Source of the DNA: Mobula birostris
Lineage: Eukaryota
Length of the DNA stretch: 64,000 nt
Assembly (NCBI RefSeq): GCF_030028105.1
Contig: NC_092377.1
Coordinates: 3,725,079 to 3,789,078 of the forward strand
Reading direction: 5' to 3'
Below are positions 13,835 through 26,560 of the stretch, piece after piece. Position 1 is the stretch's first letter. Every line of letters begins with the position of its first letter. Below the pieces are notes generated by a model that was not told the origin of the DNA, ran no database searches, and saw only the letters and a program-made list of their open reading frames with translations. The position numbers and the translations under genes were made by a program.

Positions 13835-15520
13835 AGGACCAATCAATTGTAACAGTGGAAACGTGTGTGTGGAACCAGAGGAGATAGCAGAGGTATTTCA
13901 TGAATACTTTGCTTCAGTATTCACTACAGAAAAGGATCTTGGCGATTGTAGAGATGACTTACAGTGGATTGAAAAGCTTGAGCATATAGACATTAAGAAA
14001 GAGGCTGTGCTGGAGCTTTTGGAAAGCATCAAATTGGATAAGTCACCGGGACCGGACAGGATGTACCCCAGGTTACAATGGGAAGTGAGGGAGGAGATTG
14101 CTGAGCCTCTGGCAATGCTCTTTGCATCATCAAAGGGGACGGGAGAGATTCCGGAGAATTGGAGGGTTGCAGGAGTTGTTCCCTTATTCAAGAAAGGGAG
14201 TAGAGATAGCCCAGGAAATTATAGACCAGTGAGTCTTACTTCAGTGGTTGGTAAGTTGATGCAAAAGATCCCGAGAGGCAGGATTTATGAGCATTTGGAG
14301 AGGCGTAATATGATTAGGAATAGTCAGCGTGGCTTTGTCAAATGCAGGTCGTGCCTTACGAGCCTGATTGAATTTTTTGAGGATGTAATTAAACACATTG
14401 ATGAAGGTAGAGCAGCAGATGTAGTTTATATGGATTTCAGCAAGACATTTGACAAGGTACCCCATGCAAGGCTTATTGAGAAAATAAAAAGGCATGGGAT
14501 CCAAGGGAATCTTGCTTTGTGGATCCAGAATTGACTTGCTCACAGAAGGCAAAGAGTGGTTGTAGATGGGTCATATTCTGCATGGAGGTCGGTGACCAGT
14601 GGCGAACCTCAGGAATCTGTTCTGGGACCCCTTTTCTTCGTGAGTTTTATAAATGACTTGAATGAGTAAGTTGAGAAATGGGTTAGTAAATTTGCTGATG
14701 ACACGAAGTTTTGGGGTGTTATGGATAGTGTGGAGGGCTGTCAGAGGTTAAAGCGGGACATTGATAGGATGCAAAACTGGGCTGAGAAGTGGCAGATGGA
14801 GTTCAACCCAGATAAGTGTGAGGTGGTTCATGTTGGTAGCTCAAATATGATGGCTGAATATAGTATTAATGGTAAGGCTCTTGGCAGTGTGGAGGATCAG
14901 CGGGATCTTGGGATCCAAGTCCATAGGACACTCAAAGCTGCTGCGCAGATTGACTCTGTGGTTAAGAAGGCACAGAGTGTATTGGCCTTCATCAACCGTG
15001 GAATTGAGTTTAAGAGCCAACAGGTAATGTTGCAGCTATATAGGACCCTGGTCAGACCCCACTTGGAGTACTGTGTTCAGTTCTTGTCATCTCACTACTG
15101 GAAGGATGTGGAAACTATAGAGAGGGTGCAAAGGAGATTTACAAGGATGTTGCCTGGATTGGGGAGCAGGCCTTATGAGAATAGGTTGAGTGAACTCGGC
15201 CTTTTCTCCTTGGAGCGATGGAGGATGAGAGGTGACCTGATAGAGGTGTACAAGATAATGAGAGGAATTGATCATGTGGATAGTCAGAGGCTTTTCCTCA
15301 GGTCTGAAATGGCTAACACGAGAGTGCACAGTTTTAAGGTGCTTGGAAGTAGGTACAGAAGAGATATCAGGGATAAGTTTTTTACCCAGAGAGTGGTGAG
15401 TGCGTGGAATGGGCTGCCGGCGACGGTGGTGGAGGTGGAAACGATAGGGTCTTTTAAGAGACTCCTAGACAGGTACATGGAGCCTAGAAAAATAGAGGGC
15501 TATAGGTAACCCAAGGTAAT
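13835..15520 (+). mobile_element. CR1 subfamily B, RT and 3' end
   Basis: ORFs 13863-14534 and 14721-15509 with CR1 RT motifs. Confidence 0.95.
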
Positions 15521-15698
15521 TTCTAAAGTAAGTGATGCTGTTTATTCTGCATGGAGGTCGGTGACCAGTGGCGAACCTCAGGAATCTGTTCTGGGACCCC
15601 TTTTCTTCGTGAAACAGACTTTCAATACCTGATTTATTAGGGAGTAAAAGTGTTCATGGAAAACATTCCTCAATGTTATATTGAAGAAGGTTACTTAC

Positions 15699-15742
15699 TG
15701 CAGTAATATTTGTGGCTGCCTGTGTATTCACCTCGGTTTCAG
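15699..15742 (-). CDS. Candidate 44-nt exon (AETEVNTQAATNITA), phase 1 to 0
   Basis: Strong acceptor ttctcattttatttcag and consensus donor GCA|gtaagt; phase compatible with the 19346-19389 exon. Confidence 0.55.
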
Positions 15743-16029
15743 CTGAAATAAAATGAGAATTTGTTTGAGAGTTGCAACACAAGAATGATAATTGAACTGA
15801 AATCACATTGTGATGAAAAGTCCTCCATTCACCCTTATCAGGTGCATTCAGACAGGGACAGCAAACTGCAGAACATGCCATGTGAAGCATTTCCCATCGG
15901 AGCCTCCACAGGGGCATGGCAAGCAAGACTCACACGTGACTCAAAGGCCAGAATTCATTGCTTTTGTGTTATTCAAGCTGCATCAAGCCTTATTTGGGGA
16001 ATTAACACCAAAAGTGTAAACCGTAAGAC

Positions 16030-17100
16030 AGAGGAGCAGAATTAGGCTATTCAGCTCATCAGGTCTACTTCACCATTCCATCATGGCTGATTTATTATCC
16101 CTCTCAACTCTGTTCATCTGTCTTCTCTGTATAACCTTTGATCCCATTACTAACCAAGAACATGTTAACCTCCACTTTAAATGCACTTGACCTCCACAGC
16201 TATTGTATCTGTGGCAATGAATTCCACAGATTCATCACCCTCTGCTGAAGGAATTCCTCCTCATGTCTGTTTCTAAAGGGGCTTCCTTCTATTCTGAGAC
16301 TGTACCCTCTGGGCCTGGGCTCCCCCCACAGTAGGAAACATCCCCTCTGCATCCACTCTGTCCAGGCCTTTCAATATTTGATAGGTTTCAATGAGATTCC
16401 ACTTCATTCTTCTAAACTTCATCAAGTACAAGCCCAGAGCTATCAAATGCACCTCATACATTATACCTTTCATGTCTGAAATCATTCTCGTGAATCTTCT
16501 CGTGGCTCTTTCCCATGCCAGCACATCAAGTCTTAGACAAAGGGCCAAAACCTGTTCACAATACTCCAAACCTGGTCTTACCAATGAATACTAACATTGT
16601 ATTTGACTTCCTCCCCGCCAACTTATCATGCAAGTTAGCCTTTAGGGAATCCTGCATGAGGACTCCCAAGTCCCTTTTCACCACTGATTTCTGAATTTTC
16701 TCCCCATTTAGAAAATAGTATAAACCTTTATTCCTTCCACCAAAGTTCATGACTATACACTTCCTATCTGCTACTTCTTTGCCGATTCTCCTGATCTGTC
16801 AAAGTCCTTCTGCAGAATCCCTGCTTCCTCAATACTACCTGCCCCTCCACTTAACTTCATATCATTAACAAACTTGGTCAGAAAGGCATCAATTCCGTCA
16901 CTCAAATCATTGGCACAAACTGAGAAAAAAGTGGTCCTACACCATCCCCTACAGAACACCACTCGTCACTGGCAGCCAACCAGTTAAGGCCCTTTTTATT
17001 CTCACTCTGCCTCCAGCCAGTCAGCCAATGCTCTACCCATGTCCGTATCTGTCCTGTAAGACCACGGGCTCTCATCTTGTTTGGCTTGTGTGCAGCACCT
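16030..17100 (-). mobile_element. Degraded CR1 fragments
   Basis: ORFs 16273-16584, 16556-16750 and 16771-16962 are CR1 RT-like. Confidence 0.85.
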
Positions 17101-17379
17101 TGCAGGCTAATGCTTCAATGCAAAGCTGCTTTCAGCTGGCTATTCCATAAACTTTTCAATTGGGAGTAAAGGATTAATCAAAGAACTTACTGTATGCTCT
17201 TTAGTTTACTCATGACCACAGGTCTGAGTTCAACCAAGGTCAAGTGGATGAGAATTTGAAAGTCCTTGCTCATGCGTTCTTTTAGAACGGAGATGAGGAG
17301 ATATTTCTACAGCCAGAGAGTGGTGAATCTGTGGAACTTGTTGCCAAAGGCAGCTGTGGATGCCAAATCTTTACGTGGG

Positions 17380-18740
17380 GAAGGTGCTGGAGTCAATTAT
17401 AAAGGATGAAATAGTGGCACCTTTGGATAGCAGTAACAGGATTGGTCTGAGTCAGCATGGATTTACAAAGGGGAAATCATGCTTAACTAATCTTCTGGAA
17501 TTTTTTGAGGATGTAACTATGAAAATGGACAAGTGAGGGCCAGTAGATGTAGTGTACTTGGACTTCCAGAAAGCCTTTGATAAGGTCCCACATAGGAGAT
17601 TAGTGGGCAAAATTAGAGCACATGGTATTGGGGGTAGGGTACTGACACGGATAGAAAATTGGTTGGCAGACAGGAAACAAAGAGTAGGGATTAACGAGTC
17701 CCTTTCAGAATGGCAGGCAGTGACTAGTGGGGTACAGCAAGGCTCAGTGCTGGGACCGCAGCTGTTTACAATATACATTAATGATTCAGATGAAGGGATT
17801 AAAAGTAACATTCACAAATTTACCGATGACACAAAGTTGGGTGGCAGTGTGAAATGTGCGGAGGATGTTGTGATAATGCAGGATGACGTGGACAGGTTGG
17901 GTGAGTGGGCAGATGCATGGCAGATGCAGTTTAATGTGGATAAGTGTGAGGTTATCCACTTTGGTGGCAAGAACAGGAAGGCAGATTACTATCTGAATGG
18001 TGTCAAGTTAGGAAAAGGGGAAGTACAACGAGATCTAGGTGTCCCTGTTCATCAGTCACTGAAAGTAAGCATGCAGGTACAGCAGGCAGTGAAGAAAGCT
18101 AATGGCATGCTGGCCTTCATAACAAGAGGAGTTGAGTATAGGAGCAAAGAGGTCCTTCTGCAGTTGTACAGGGCCCTGGTGAGACCACACCTGGAGGATT
18201 GTGTACAGTTTTGGTCTCCAAATTTGAGGAAAGCCATTCTTGCTATTGAGGGTGTGCAGTGTAGGTTCACGAGGTTAATTCTTGGGATGGTGGGACTGTC
18301 ATATGTTGAAAGATTGGAGCGACTGGGCTTGTATACACTGGAATTTAGAAGGATGAAAGGGGATCTGATTGAAACATATAAGATTATTAAGGGATTGGAC
18401 ACGCTGCAGGCAGGAAGCATGTTCCCGACGTTGGGTGAGTCCAGAACCAGAGGCCACAATTTGAGAATAAGGGGTAGGCCATTTAAAACGGAGCTGAGGA
18501 AAAACTTTTTCACCCAGAGAGTTGTGGATCTCTGGAATGCTCTATCTAAGAAGGCAGTAGAGGCCAATTCTCTGGATGCTTTCAGGAAAGAGTTAGATAG
18601 AGCTCTTAATGATAGTGGAGTCAAGGGATATGGGGAGAAGGCAGAAACGGGGTACTGATTGTGGATGATCGGCCATGATCACAGTGAATGGCGGTGCTGG
18701 CTCGAAGGGCCGAATGGCCTACTCCTGCACCTATTGTCTA
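17380..18740 (+). mobile_element. CR1 subfamily C, RT and 3' end
   Basis: ORF 17552-18658 (368 aa): DFQKAFDKVPH, QGSVLGP, FTDDTK. Confidence 0.95.
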
Positions 18741-18915
18741 CTATATATTTAAGACAGAGGTGAATAGATTCTTGACTAGTCAGGACATGTCTGCTCCTAT
18801 ATCTTATGGTCTTATGTTATTGGTCTTGGTAAATTTCTGTTATTAATTTTGCAATGATAGTAACTAACTTTAGAAAATGAGCATGAATTGAGAATTTTTT
18901 AAAGCTAACTCAAAG

Positions 18916-19268
18916 CTAATGATAGCCAGTCAGTGTCAGTGCCCTGTAGCAGGCTGTCCTCTGATTTGGTGCAGATGTTGAGTGCTTAAATTTGGATTGT
19001 TTGGATACAGGACCTGATTGGAATTGAGGCCTTAAAAGAGCAGAGAGTTTTGCTTCATGTCTACCTCTTGGTATGGTCTGCGTGTACGGGTGTCTGTTAT
19101 TTAGGACAAAGTTATGATGAATTTGCTTTAATGAGGCTTGTGAATCTTTATTCTTCTCTATTTCAGAGGATGAGGAATGTTTATTTGTCTGCATATATTG
19201 AAGAGGAGTGAAAAGGCAGGACTGGAGTTGCTGTTGAGGATGATGAAACAATTGATTACTCCCTTGTC
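18916..19268 (-). CDS. Candidate terminal cytoplasmic exon (117 codons, ends ...TACYRALTLTGYH*)
   Basis: Phase-1 acceptor aatgcag|GA 77 nt after the ITSM exon; long open frame (ORF 18916-19284). The acceptor is weak. Confidence 0.45.
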
Positions 19269-19345
19269 CTGCATTGGGAATCATTGTTGAACATAACTAT
19301 CATGTGAAGTAATTCTCAATATGATCACTGAAATGAACTTTTTAC

Positions 19346-19389
19346 CTGTAACTGTGGCATACACTGTGTTCAAATCTTCAGTAGAGCAC
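19346..19389 (-). CDS. Cytoplasmic exon with ITSM (CSTEDLNTVYATVT), phase 2 to 1
   Basis: Acceptor catttcctcag and donor CAG|gtaaaa; phase 2 matches the end of the TM exon; TVYATV fits the TxYxxV/I consensus. Confidence 0.75.
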
Positions 19390-20139
19390 CTGAGGAAATG
19401 GTGAAGATCATGTTAGTGAATTAGTTATATGATAGATGTTAATGTCTTAGAAACAACTTAACAGCTTTATGAGAAATTAGTCAGATTATTTTTTCTGGTA
19501 TAATGAAGTCTTGTGAAGATAACAGTTGTCTGTTTCATGTACTAGTACTCTTGATGGGATTGGATTACTCTCATCCTCAATACACTACACAGCAGGATTG
19601 CCAGGATTAAGATAGGAATGGACTAGATGATTTCAATAACACTGGATACTACAGATGATGGAAATCCAAGGTAATACACACAAAATGCTGGAGGAACTCA
19701 GGTCAGGTAGCATCTATGAAGAGGAAGAACTTGTTGACAATTCAGGCTGAGAGCTTTATTCAGGACTAGAAGGGAATGGGGAAGACACCAGAATAAAAAC
19801 GTGAGGAGTGGGGAAGGAGGACAAAGTAGAAAGTGGTTTCCATGCCCAGTTCCATTTTTGCATGTGAAAATATCCTGGATCTGCTAATGCATAAACAGGG
19901 GCTCACATTCAATTGCGAGCGGACATTCATCCTGATAGTAGAGACAAGGTATAAGCAGGTCAGCTCAGGTACCTGGTCAGCACAGAGGCTGATGTTAATA
20001 TGGGTATATTGGATGGAGTCATACTGTACAGAAACAGGTCCGTTAGCCCACCCTGTACATACTGACCCACCTCTTCATCAATTCCATTTCCAGCCCTTTG
20101 TTGATGGTCCTGGTAATTCAAAGACTCATTGAGATACTT

Positions 20140-20420
20140 CTCAGTGGGAGTGTAATGCTTTGCACAACGCTTTACAGTACCAGTGACCTCGGCTCAATTC
20201 CTGTCGCTGCCCGCAAGGACTTTGTACATTCTCCCTATGACTGCGTGAGTGTTCTTCAGGTGCTCCTGTTTCCTCCCACAGTCCAAAGACAGACTGGTTG
20301 GGAGGTTAATTGGTGATCGTCCCATGATTAGGGAGGAATTTAAATCAGGGGATTGCTGCACAGCATGGCTCAAAGGGCCAGAAGGGCCTATTCTGTTCCG
20401 TATCTCAATAAATAAATACA
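20140..20420 (+). mobile_element. tRNA-derived V-SINE (HE1-like)
   Basis: gcacaacgctttacagtacc head and ggtgctcctgtttcctcccacagtccaaagac core. Confidence 0.75.
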
Positions 20421-21480
20421 ATGTTGTGAGAGTCTCTTCCTCCACCACTCTCTCAGGCAGAGCATTCCCGTCTCCAGCTACCCTCTGGGAGGAAGAGTTG
20501 ATTTTATATCCCTCTAAACTGTCTCAGCTGGAAACGTCAACTGTTTATTCCTCTCCATAGATGCTGCCTGACCTGCTGAGTTCGTCGAAGCATTTTGTGT
20601 CCCCTCTTTCTGTCACACAAATCATTGTCTGTCTCTCAGGTTACTCATCAACCTTCTCTGCTCAAGGGAAAACAGATCTAGACTTTCCATTCTTACCCCA
20701 CAACTGAGGTGCTCCATTGCTGGTAATATCCTGGTGAACGTTCTCTGCACTTTTTACATCAATGTCCCTCCATTCCTCAATACTTGTTAGTGTCCTCACA
20801 TTCATTATGTGTGCCCCACCCTTCTCCTGATGTTCCAAAATGCAGCATTCATTTCATCTACCATGGCACTGCCCAGACCACCTGCTGATCAATATTCCTA
20901 ACCTTCCACACTGCCAAATTTGAGTCAAGTGCAAATTCCACCAGTTTCTGTTCAGCACAGGATGTCAAAGGTAAAGCAGCATTGATAATGATGGGACTGA
21001 GACACACGCTGGTATGTTGGAGAAGAGGAGGAAGCTGAGAAGCAGAACAGCCTGACTGACCGGCTTTAGGGAGTGATGATCCTCACAGGGACACACTGAA
21101 TTTTACTCATTTTCACCTTGTCTCTAAATAAACAAAATTAATAAAAATGTCCTTAAATCAGACATGCCTGTATTAAATATTCATTCTTATAGACCTTGTG
21201 AAGGGAGTTCACTGTCTCCTTCAATTGCTATAGTCTGTCAAGTAAACAATTCATTTTGTGTGATGTGATCTGGGGTTCAAAGCCATCGACAATGAAGGAG
21301 TGATACCGTATCTCCAAGTGAGGGTTGTGTTGGCCCTCTGCTGGCATTCCACGTGCTCCGTGTCCTTCTGGGTGATAGAGGTCAGGGCTTTACACAAGAG
21401 CTTTCAAAGGAAGTGATGAAGGGATCAGCAGTGGAAAGAGTGAGCAGCTTTCCGTTCCTTGATGTCAACATTTCAGAAGC

Positions 21481-21775
21481 TGGCAGCACAGTAGTGTAGT
21501 GGTTAGCACAACGCTTTACAGTACCAGTGACCCAGGTTCAATTCCCACTGCTGGCTGTACAGACTTCATAAGATCTCCCTGTGACGGCGTGGGTTCTTCC
21601 AGACGTTCCTGATTCCTCACACAGTCCAAAGACGTACCGGTTGGTCAGGTAATCATCATTGTAAATTATCCGATGACTAGGTTAGGGTTGAGTTGGGGAA
21701 TAACAGGGCAGCACGGTTTAGTGCTAGAAGGGCCGACTGCACACTGTATCTCAATTAATAAATAAATAAATGAAA
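21481..21775 (+). mobile_element. tRNA-derived V-SINE (HE1-like)
   Basis: tggcagcacagtagtgtagtggttagc A-box-like head, ggttcaattccc B-box-like sequence, V core and aataaat tail. Confidence 0.8.
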
Positions 21776-21789
21776 GATCTATCCGAAGT

Positions 21790-22110
21790 GCAACACATTG
21801 ATTCAGTCATGAAGTGGAAATGCCAACAGTTCAGCAAAAATAGGAGTTTGAGGAGATTTGGTGCGTCACCAAAAGCTCTTGCGAATTTCTACAGATGGAC
21901 GGTGGAGACCATTGTGACTCACTGTACAACAGCCTGATAGAGAGGCTCTAACACACACACATTGCAAGAGGGTTGTAGACTCAGCCAGCTGGGGAACAGA
22001 ACCGTCCCCATCATCGAGAACTATTACAGAGGCAGTGCCTCAAGAAGGCGGCATCCACCATTCAGGACCCTCACCACCCAGACATCCCCCTGCTTGTTAC
22101 TCCCGTCAGG
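21790..22110 (+). mobile_element. Rex1/L2-like LINE 3' fragment
   Basis: Similar to 44490-44830 (gagagcatcctgactggttg...catccagcccatgctctct type sequence). Confidence 0.5.
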
Positions 22111-22390
22111 GAGAATCAGAATCGGGTTTAATGTCACTGGCATATATTATCCAGACATGCCCCTGCTTGTTACTACCGTCAGGGAGAATCAAAATCAAGT
22201 GTAATGTCACTGGCATATGTCATGAAATTTGTTGTTTTGTGGCTGCAGTACATTGCAATACGTAATAATAATCATAAACTATAAAGTACAATAAGTGCAT
22301 ATATACACTGTGTGTGTGTGTGTGTGTGTGTGTTTGTGTATAACTGTTTGATAAAGTTGAAAATTGGGAAATATACATTTCATAATTTTA

Positions 22391-22649
22391 TGTTGGTGTA
22401 TGATCTGTCATTTCTGGGCTACCGATAACTGTGTGTGGACAGTATTTACAAGCATTCACTCAAATCGAGGCTCCTGGAATCAGAATATCTCGACGTTCCT
22501 CTTTGGTTGAACCCCAAATCGTACCAACCCTCGACGTGCATTGGTTATGAAAGATGGCCGTCTCATCGCTGCATCACGTGGCTGTTAGCGGAGTCAGCGA
22601 ACGAGCCAAGTTGGTGTATGACCCTGGTGAGAGGCTTGCATGTGTAACA
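22391..22649. mobile_element. Solo LTR-like insertion, 259 bp
   Basis: TGTT...AACA termini; 5-bp direct repeat TTTTA at 22386-22390 and 22650-22654; CpG-rich relative to its flanks. Confidence 0.6.
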
Positions 22650-22961
22650 TTTTAGGCTAAATAAGTAATGCAAAAAGAAAGCAAAAATAAATAGTCAGCT
22701 ATTGTTCATGGGTTCATTGTCCATTCAGCAATCAAATGGTGGAGGAGAGGATGATCCTGAAATGTTGAGTGTGTGTCTTCAGGCTCTTGTACTACATCCT
22801 CTAATGAGTTCTTCAGGCCTGTGTGGAGTGCTGGAGACTGCTGGGCTCTGAGGTTTCAAACAACTGAATTGTTAATTGTTGTTTAGTGAGATTTTTTAAT
22901 AATTTAGAGTTCCTTGTGCAACGCGCTGTGAGGGTTCACTGCTAATGTATTGGTTTTTTTT

Positions 22962-23085
22962 TGTAGCAGCAATGTTTGGGTTATGGTTGGAGATAACAGG
23001 ATTTTGGCTGCATGTTAGCCAATCAGGATTTTGTTGCCCTGTCTTGTGATTCTGAAAGCAGTTGATTTCGTGGGTTTTTGCCAGG

Positions 23086-23135
<50 letters not shown>

Positions 23136-23533
23136 GCGAATTGAGAGATTTGGTAGATCACCGGACCGGGTGGACTTGGAGCAGGGGTCCGAAGGTCGGC
23201 GATGCTTGGAGGAGACCGGTGCTGGAAGAAGAACGACTGTGTGAGCTCCAACTTTGTGCACAGGCTGGTTAATCATAATAATAATCTATAAGATCTGGGC
23301 CCTTTTTCTTTTATATTTTGTTTTTCTACTAACTATATAGTCAAAGTAAGAGTTATAAAGCTTAATAATTTAATCACATGTTGTGTACTGTTTCTTATTT
23401 TGGGGTGCTGATTTGTAACAGGGGACACATCGCGCAACATCCACCCAAACGAGATTTCTTAAGTTTGTCTGGGCAGGTGGGGGGGGGTGTTATCACCCCC
23501 TAGATTAAGCCGCTAGGCGAAACGAGTGTTACA
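22962..23533 (+). mobile_element. Probable solo LTR containing an (AG)n microsatellite
   Basis: TGTAGC start and TGTTACA end, (AG)n at about 23088-23131; no clean TSD. Confidence 0.45.
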
Positions 23534-23683
23534 ATTGTGTTTTTCTTCAGTGATTTGCTCTTTGTAATGCAGTCTCCTGGTGCTTTCTGTTTAAGCTTGT
23601 TAAGTTCATTTTGATAGGCTCAGGGATTCATAAGAACATAAGAAAGTGGAGATAAACAAGATACAAAATAAAATGTTACTTAC

Positions 23684-23816
23684 CCTTCTGGCTTCAATCT
23701 CTGTTGAAAACATGCCCATTTTTTCACATAGCATATTGCTGTTACTAAGATGCAGAATAAGAGGACGAGTACGAGGATACTGACGAGAATACTGGCCAAG
23801 ACTTTCGAAGACCCAC
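23684..23816 (-). CDS. Transmembrane exon (GSSKVLASILVSILVLVLLFCILVTAICYVKKWACFQQRLKPE), phase 1 to 2
   Basis: Acceptor ctttcaaatgaag and donor GG|gtaagt; 26 hydrophobic residues with no charge, followed by KK. Confidence 0.85.
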
Positions 23817-24029
23817 CTTCATTTGAAAGATAGTAAAGATTGAGGTAGAGTTTAACATTGGTAATGTGAATTGTCCTTTGAATGACAGGTTTAATATGTG
23901 AACACTGGAGGCTGATAGTTCTCCCTGAGACATCTCATTAACAGTCAGTAAGGGAGAGAGTGCCGTGTGAAGGATGGACTTACTGTGCTGCTATTGTACC
24001 GAAGGAAAGATATGAAGGTTATTAATAAT

Positions 24030-24760
24030 AATAACCTATTTAAAGAGCACTTTTCATACAGACAATGTAGACAATGAGATAAAGTGCAAGCATGAGGTCA
24101 GGTAGCGTCTGTAGGGAGAGGAAGAGCTAATGTTCCGATCTGTCAGCCTCTAGCTTGGGGTGCTGTGGTAACGCAGTGGGTAGGGCAACACTATTACAAC
24201 TTGGGCCAGGGTTCGGAGTTCAATTCTGGGAACAAAGTTTATTTGTTCTTCCCAAATAAAAAAATAAATATAATCATGAAAATAGATTAGAAGCACGGTT
24301 AAATAAATGGGTTTTGATCTGGTGTTTAAAAGTGTCAACTGAGTCTGTGTCTCTTACAGTTTAGGTTTTGAATTCCACAGTTTATGAGCATAATTCAAAA
24401 AAGGTGATCTGCCAATTATCCTTCCATTTAAGAGGCTGGCGGAAGAAGACCAGAGAACTCGATCAGGATTATAAAACAAAAATGACTCTGTGATGTACTC
24501 CGCTCCCAGACTATTAAGAGTTTTAAAAACAAATAAGAGAACCTTAAAATCAATTTTTAAACGTCCAGGAAGCCAATGCTGAGTAGCTAGGACGGCGGTG
24601 ATATGCTCCCTCAGCAGTAGTGTTCTGAATGAGTTGAAGTGTGAACATTAATAACGCGGGCTAGTTTCTATAATGACCTGCAAGTTTATTGCTCTAATTT
24701 TAATCGAAGGTGCAGGTTGTGAAACTCCAAGGACAGTGATGTTAATGTTTGCTCACCAAT
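24030..24760 (-). mobile_element. L2-like LINE 3' remnant
   Basis: aaagagcacttttcataca and gggttttgatctggtgtttaaaa are typical of fish L2 3' ends; interrupted by a SINE head at about 24150-24230. Confidence 0.55.
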
Positions 24761-24899
24761 GAATTCCCTGGTGGCCTCCAGCACTGACCAGTACAGAGTG
24801 GGATAAAAATAGAAGACTTTGGAAAAACTTAGTCATTCAGGCAGCCTCAATGGAAAGGAAAACAGTCAATATTTTGAAATTTCACTTAAGATTGAATAA

Positions 24900-25470
24900 G
24901 TTAGGACTTTAGTCCTTGGAACATAGAAGATTGAGAGAAGATTTGATGGAGGTATGCAAAATTATCAGGGGTTTCGATGTTGTTGTTTGAAATTAATTTG
25001 GATAGATATATGAACAGGAAGGAAATGGAGGGTTATGGACCGAGTGCAGGTCGGTGGGACTAGGTGAGAGTAGGAGTTCGGAATGGACTAGAAGGGCCGA
25101 GATGGCCTGCTTCCGTGCTGTAATTGTTATATGGTTATGTGGTTTCAATAAGGTAAATGGAAGCAGGCCTTTTCCACTGAGGTCCAGTGGGACTATAACC
25201 AGAGGTCACGGGTTAAGGATGAAAGGTGAAAGTTTAAGGGGAAGTTGAAGGGAAACCTCTTCACTCAGAGGGTCATGAGAGTGTGGGAGGAGCTACCAGT
25301 ACAAGTGGTGGATGCGATCTCTATTTCAATTTTTAAGAGCAGATTGGATAAGTACATGGCCAGCTATGGCCCTGGTGCTGGTTGATGGGAGTAGGAAGTT
25401 TGAGTGGTTCGGAATGGACTAGATGGGCCAAAAGGTTTGTTTCTGTGCTGTACTTTTCTGACTCTTTGAC
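24900..25470 (+). mobile_element. Stacked CR1 3' fragments
   Basis: taggacttta...gatttgatggagg and aggtcacgggttaagg motifs. Confidence 0.75.
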
Positions 25471-26304
25471 TCAGTTTCTGGTTGAAGATTCCTCATCAGA
25501 ACTGGAAAGGAAACAGAGAGAATGTCTGAACAGCAGAAAGGACTGGGTCAAATAGAATGTCTGCCATCGAGTGAAATAATGACACAGCCATTAATGGATA
25601 GATGATTTTTCACCTTTTCCAACCATCACCTCCAAGTTTCTTACTTCATTGACCCTCCCGCTACCCCCTCGCCACCTGGCTTCATCTATCACCTTCTAGC
25701 TTGTTCTCCTTCCCTCCCACGTCCATCTTTTTATTTTGCCATTTGCCCCCTTCCTTTCCAGTCCTGTAAAAGGGTCTCAGCCTGATACATTGACTGCTTT
25801 TTCTTCACTTCCATCGTCTGACCTGCTGAGTTCCTCCACTGTTTTATGTGTGCTGCTCTGGATTTTCAACATCTGTAGAATCTCTTGTGTTTATTCATTT
25901 CTATAGATGCTGTCTGATCTGTTGAGTTCCTCCAGCTATTTGTGTGTTTGGCAATGGAGAGTTAAGCTACTTTGTGTAACGTGTTGCTAATGTTGTAAAG
26001 TCTGTTGGTGTTTTACAGTCTGGTCTACTGGTCGGGTGCAGATGCCCAAAATATACAAAGGAAAGAAAAGAATGGTGACACAATACTAGACCTGATTCAA
26101 AAAGAAAGAAAGTAAATTATCTGAAGTTGTTGAAGTTCATTATGAGTCCTGCAGATTGTGATGTGTCTGGATGATCGACCTGTTGTCCCTCAGCATGCAT
26201 CGCCCCTGTAGCAATGCAGGAGCCTAGCAAAATGCTGACCGACCTGATTTGACACAACGATGTAAAACAAAGTTCAAAATAAATTTATTCTCGAAGTACA
26301 TTGT

Positions 26305-26560
26305 GGCAGCAAGGTGGCATAGTGGTTAGCACAATGGTTTACAGTACCAGCGGTCTGGGTTCAATGCCCGCTGCTGCCTGTAAGGAGATTGTAAGTTCCC
26401 CCTGTGACCACGTGGGTTTCCTCTGGGTGCTCCGGTTTCCTCCCACAGTCTAAAGACATACTGGTTGATGGGTTAATTTAGTCATTGTAAATTGTCCTGT
26501 GATTAGGCTAGGGTTAAGTTGTGGGATTGCTGGGTGACATGCTCTGTATGTCAATAAATA
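26305..26560 (+). mobile_element. V-SINE (HE1-like)
   Basis: ggcagcaaggtggcatagtggttagc head and gggtgctccggtttcctcccaca core. Confidence 0.8.

Noticed and set aside
21481-21560. tRNA gene
   Set aside because: A tRNA-derived SINE head continuing into the V-SINE core; no complete cloverleaf
22079-22218. About 72-bp tandem duplication spanning a repeat junction
   Set aside because: An ordinary local duplication in TE debris with no functional signal
23984-24035. CA|gtaagt donor 166 nt upstream of the TM exon (micro-exon)
   Set aside because: Possible 4-7 nt exons do not fit the V-to-TM phase without invoking further unseen exons
26010-26090. Strong minus-strand acceptor with an open phase-1 frame (LVLCHHSFLSFVYFGHLHPTSRPD)
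   Set aside because: Weak donor and the peptide is not stalk-like; unsupported
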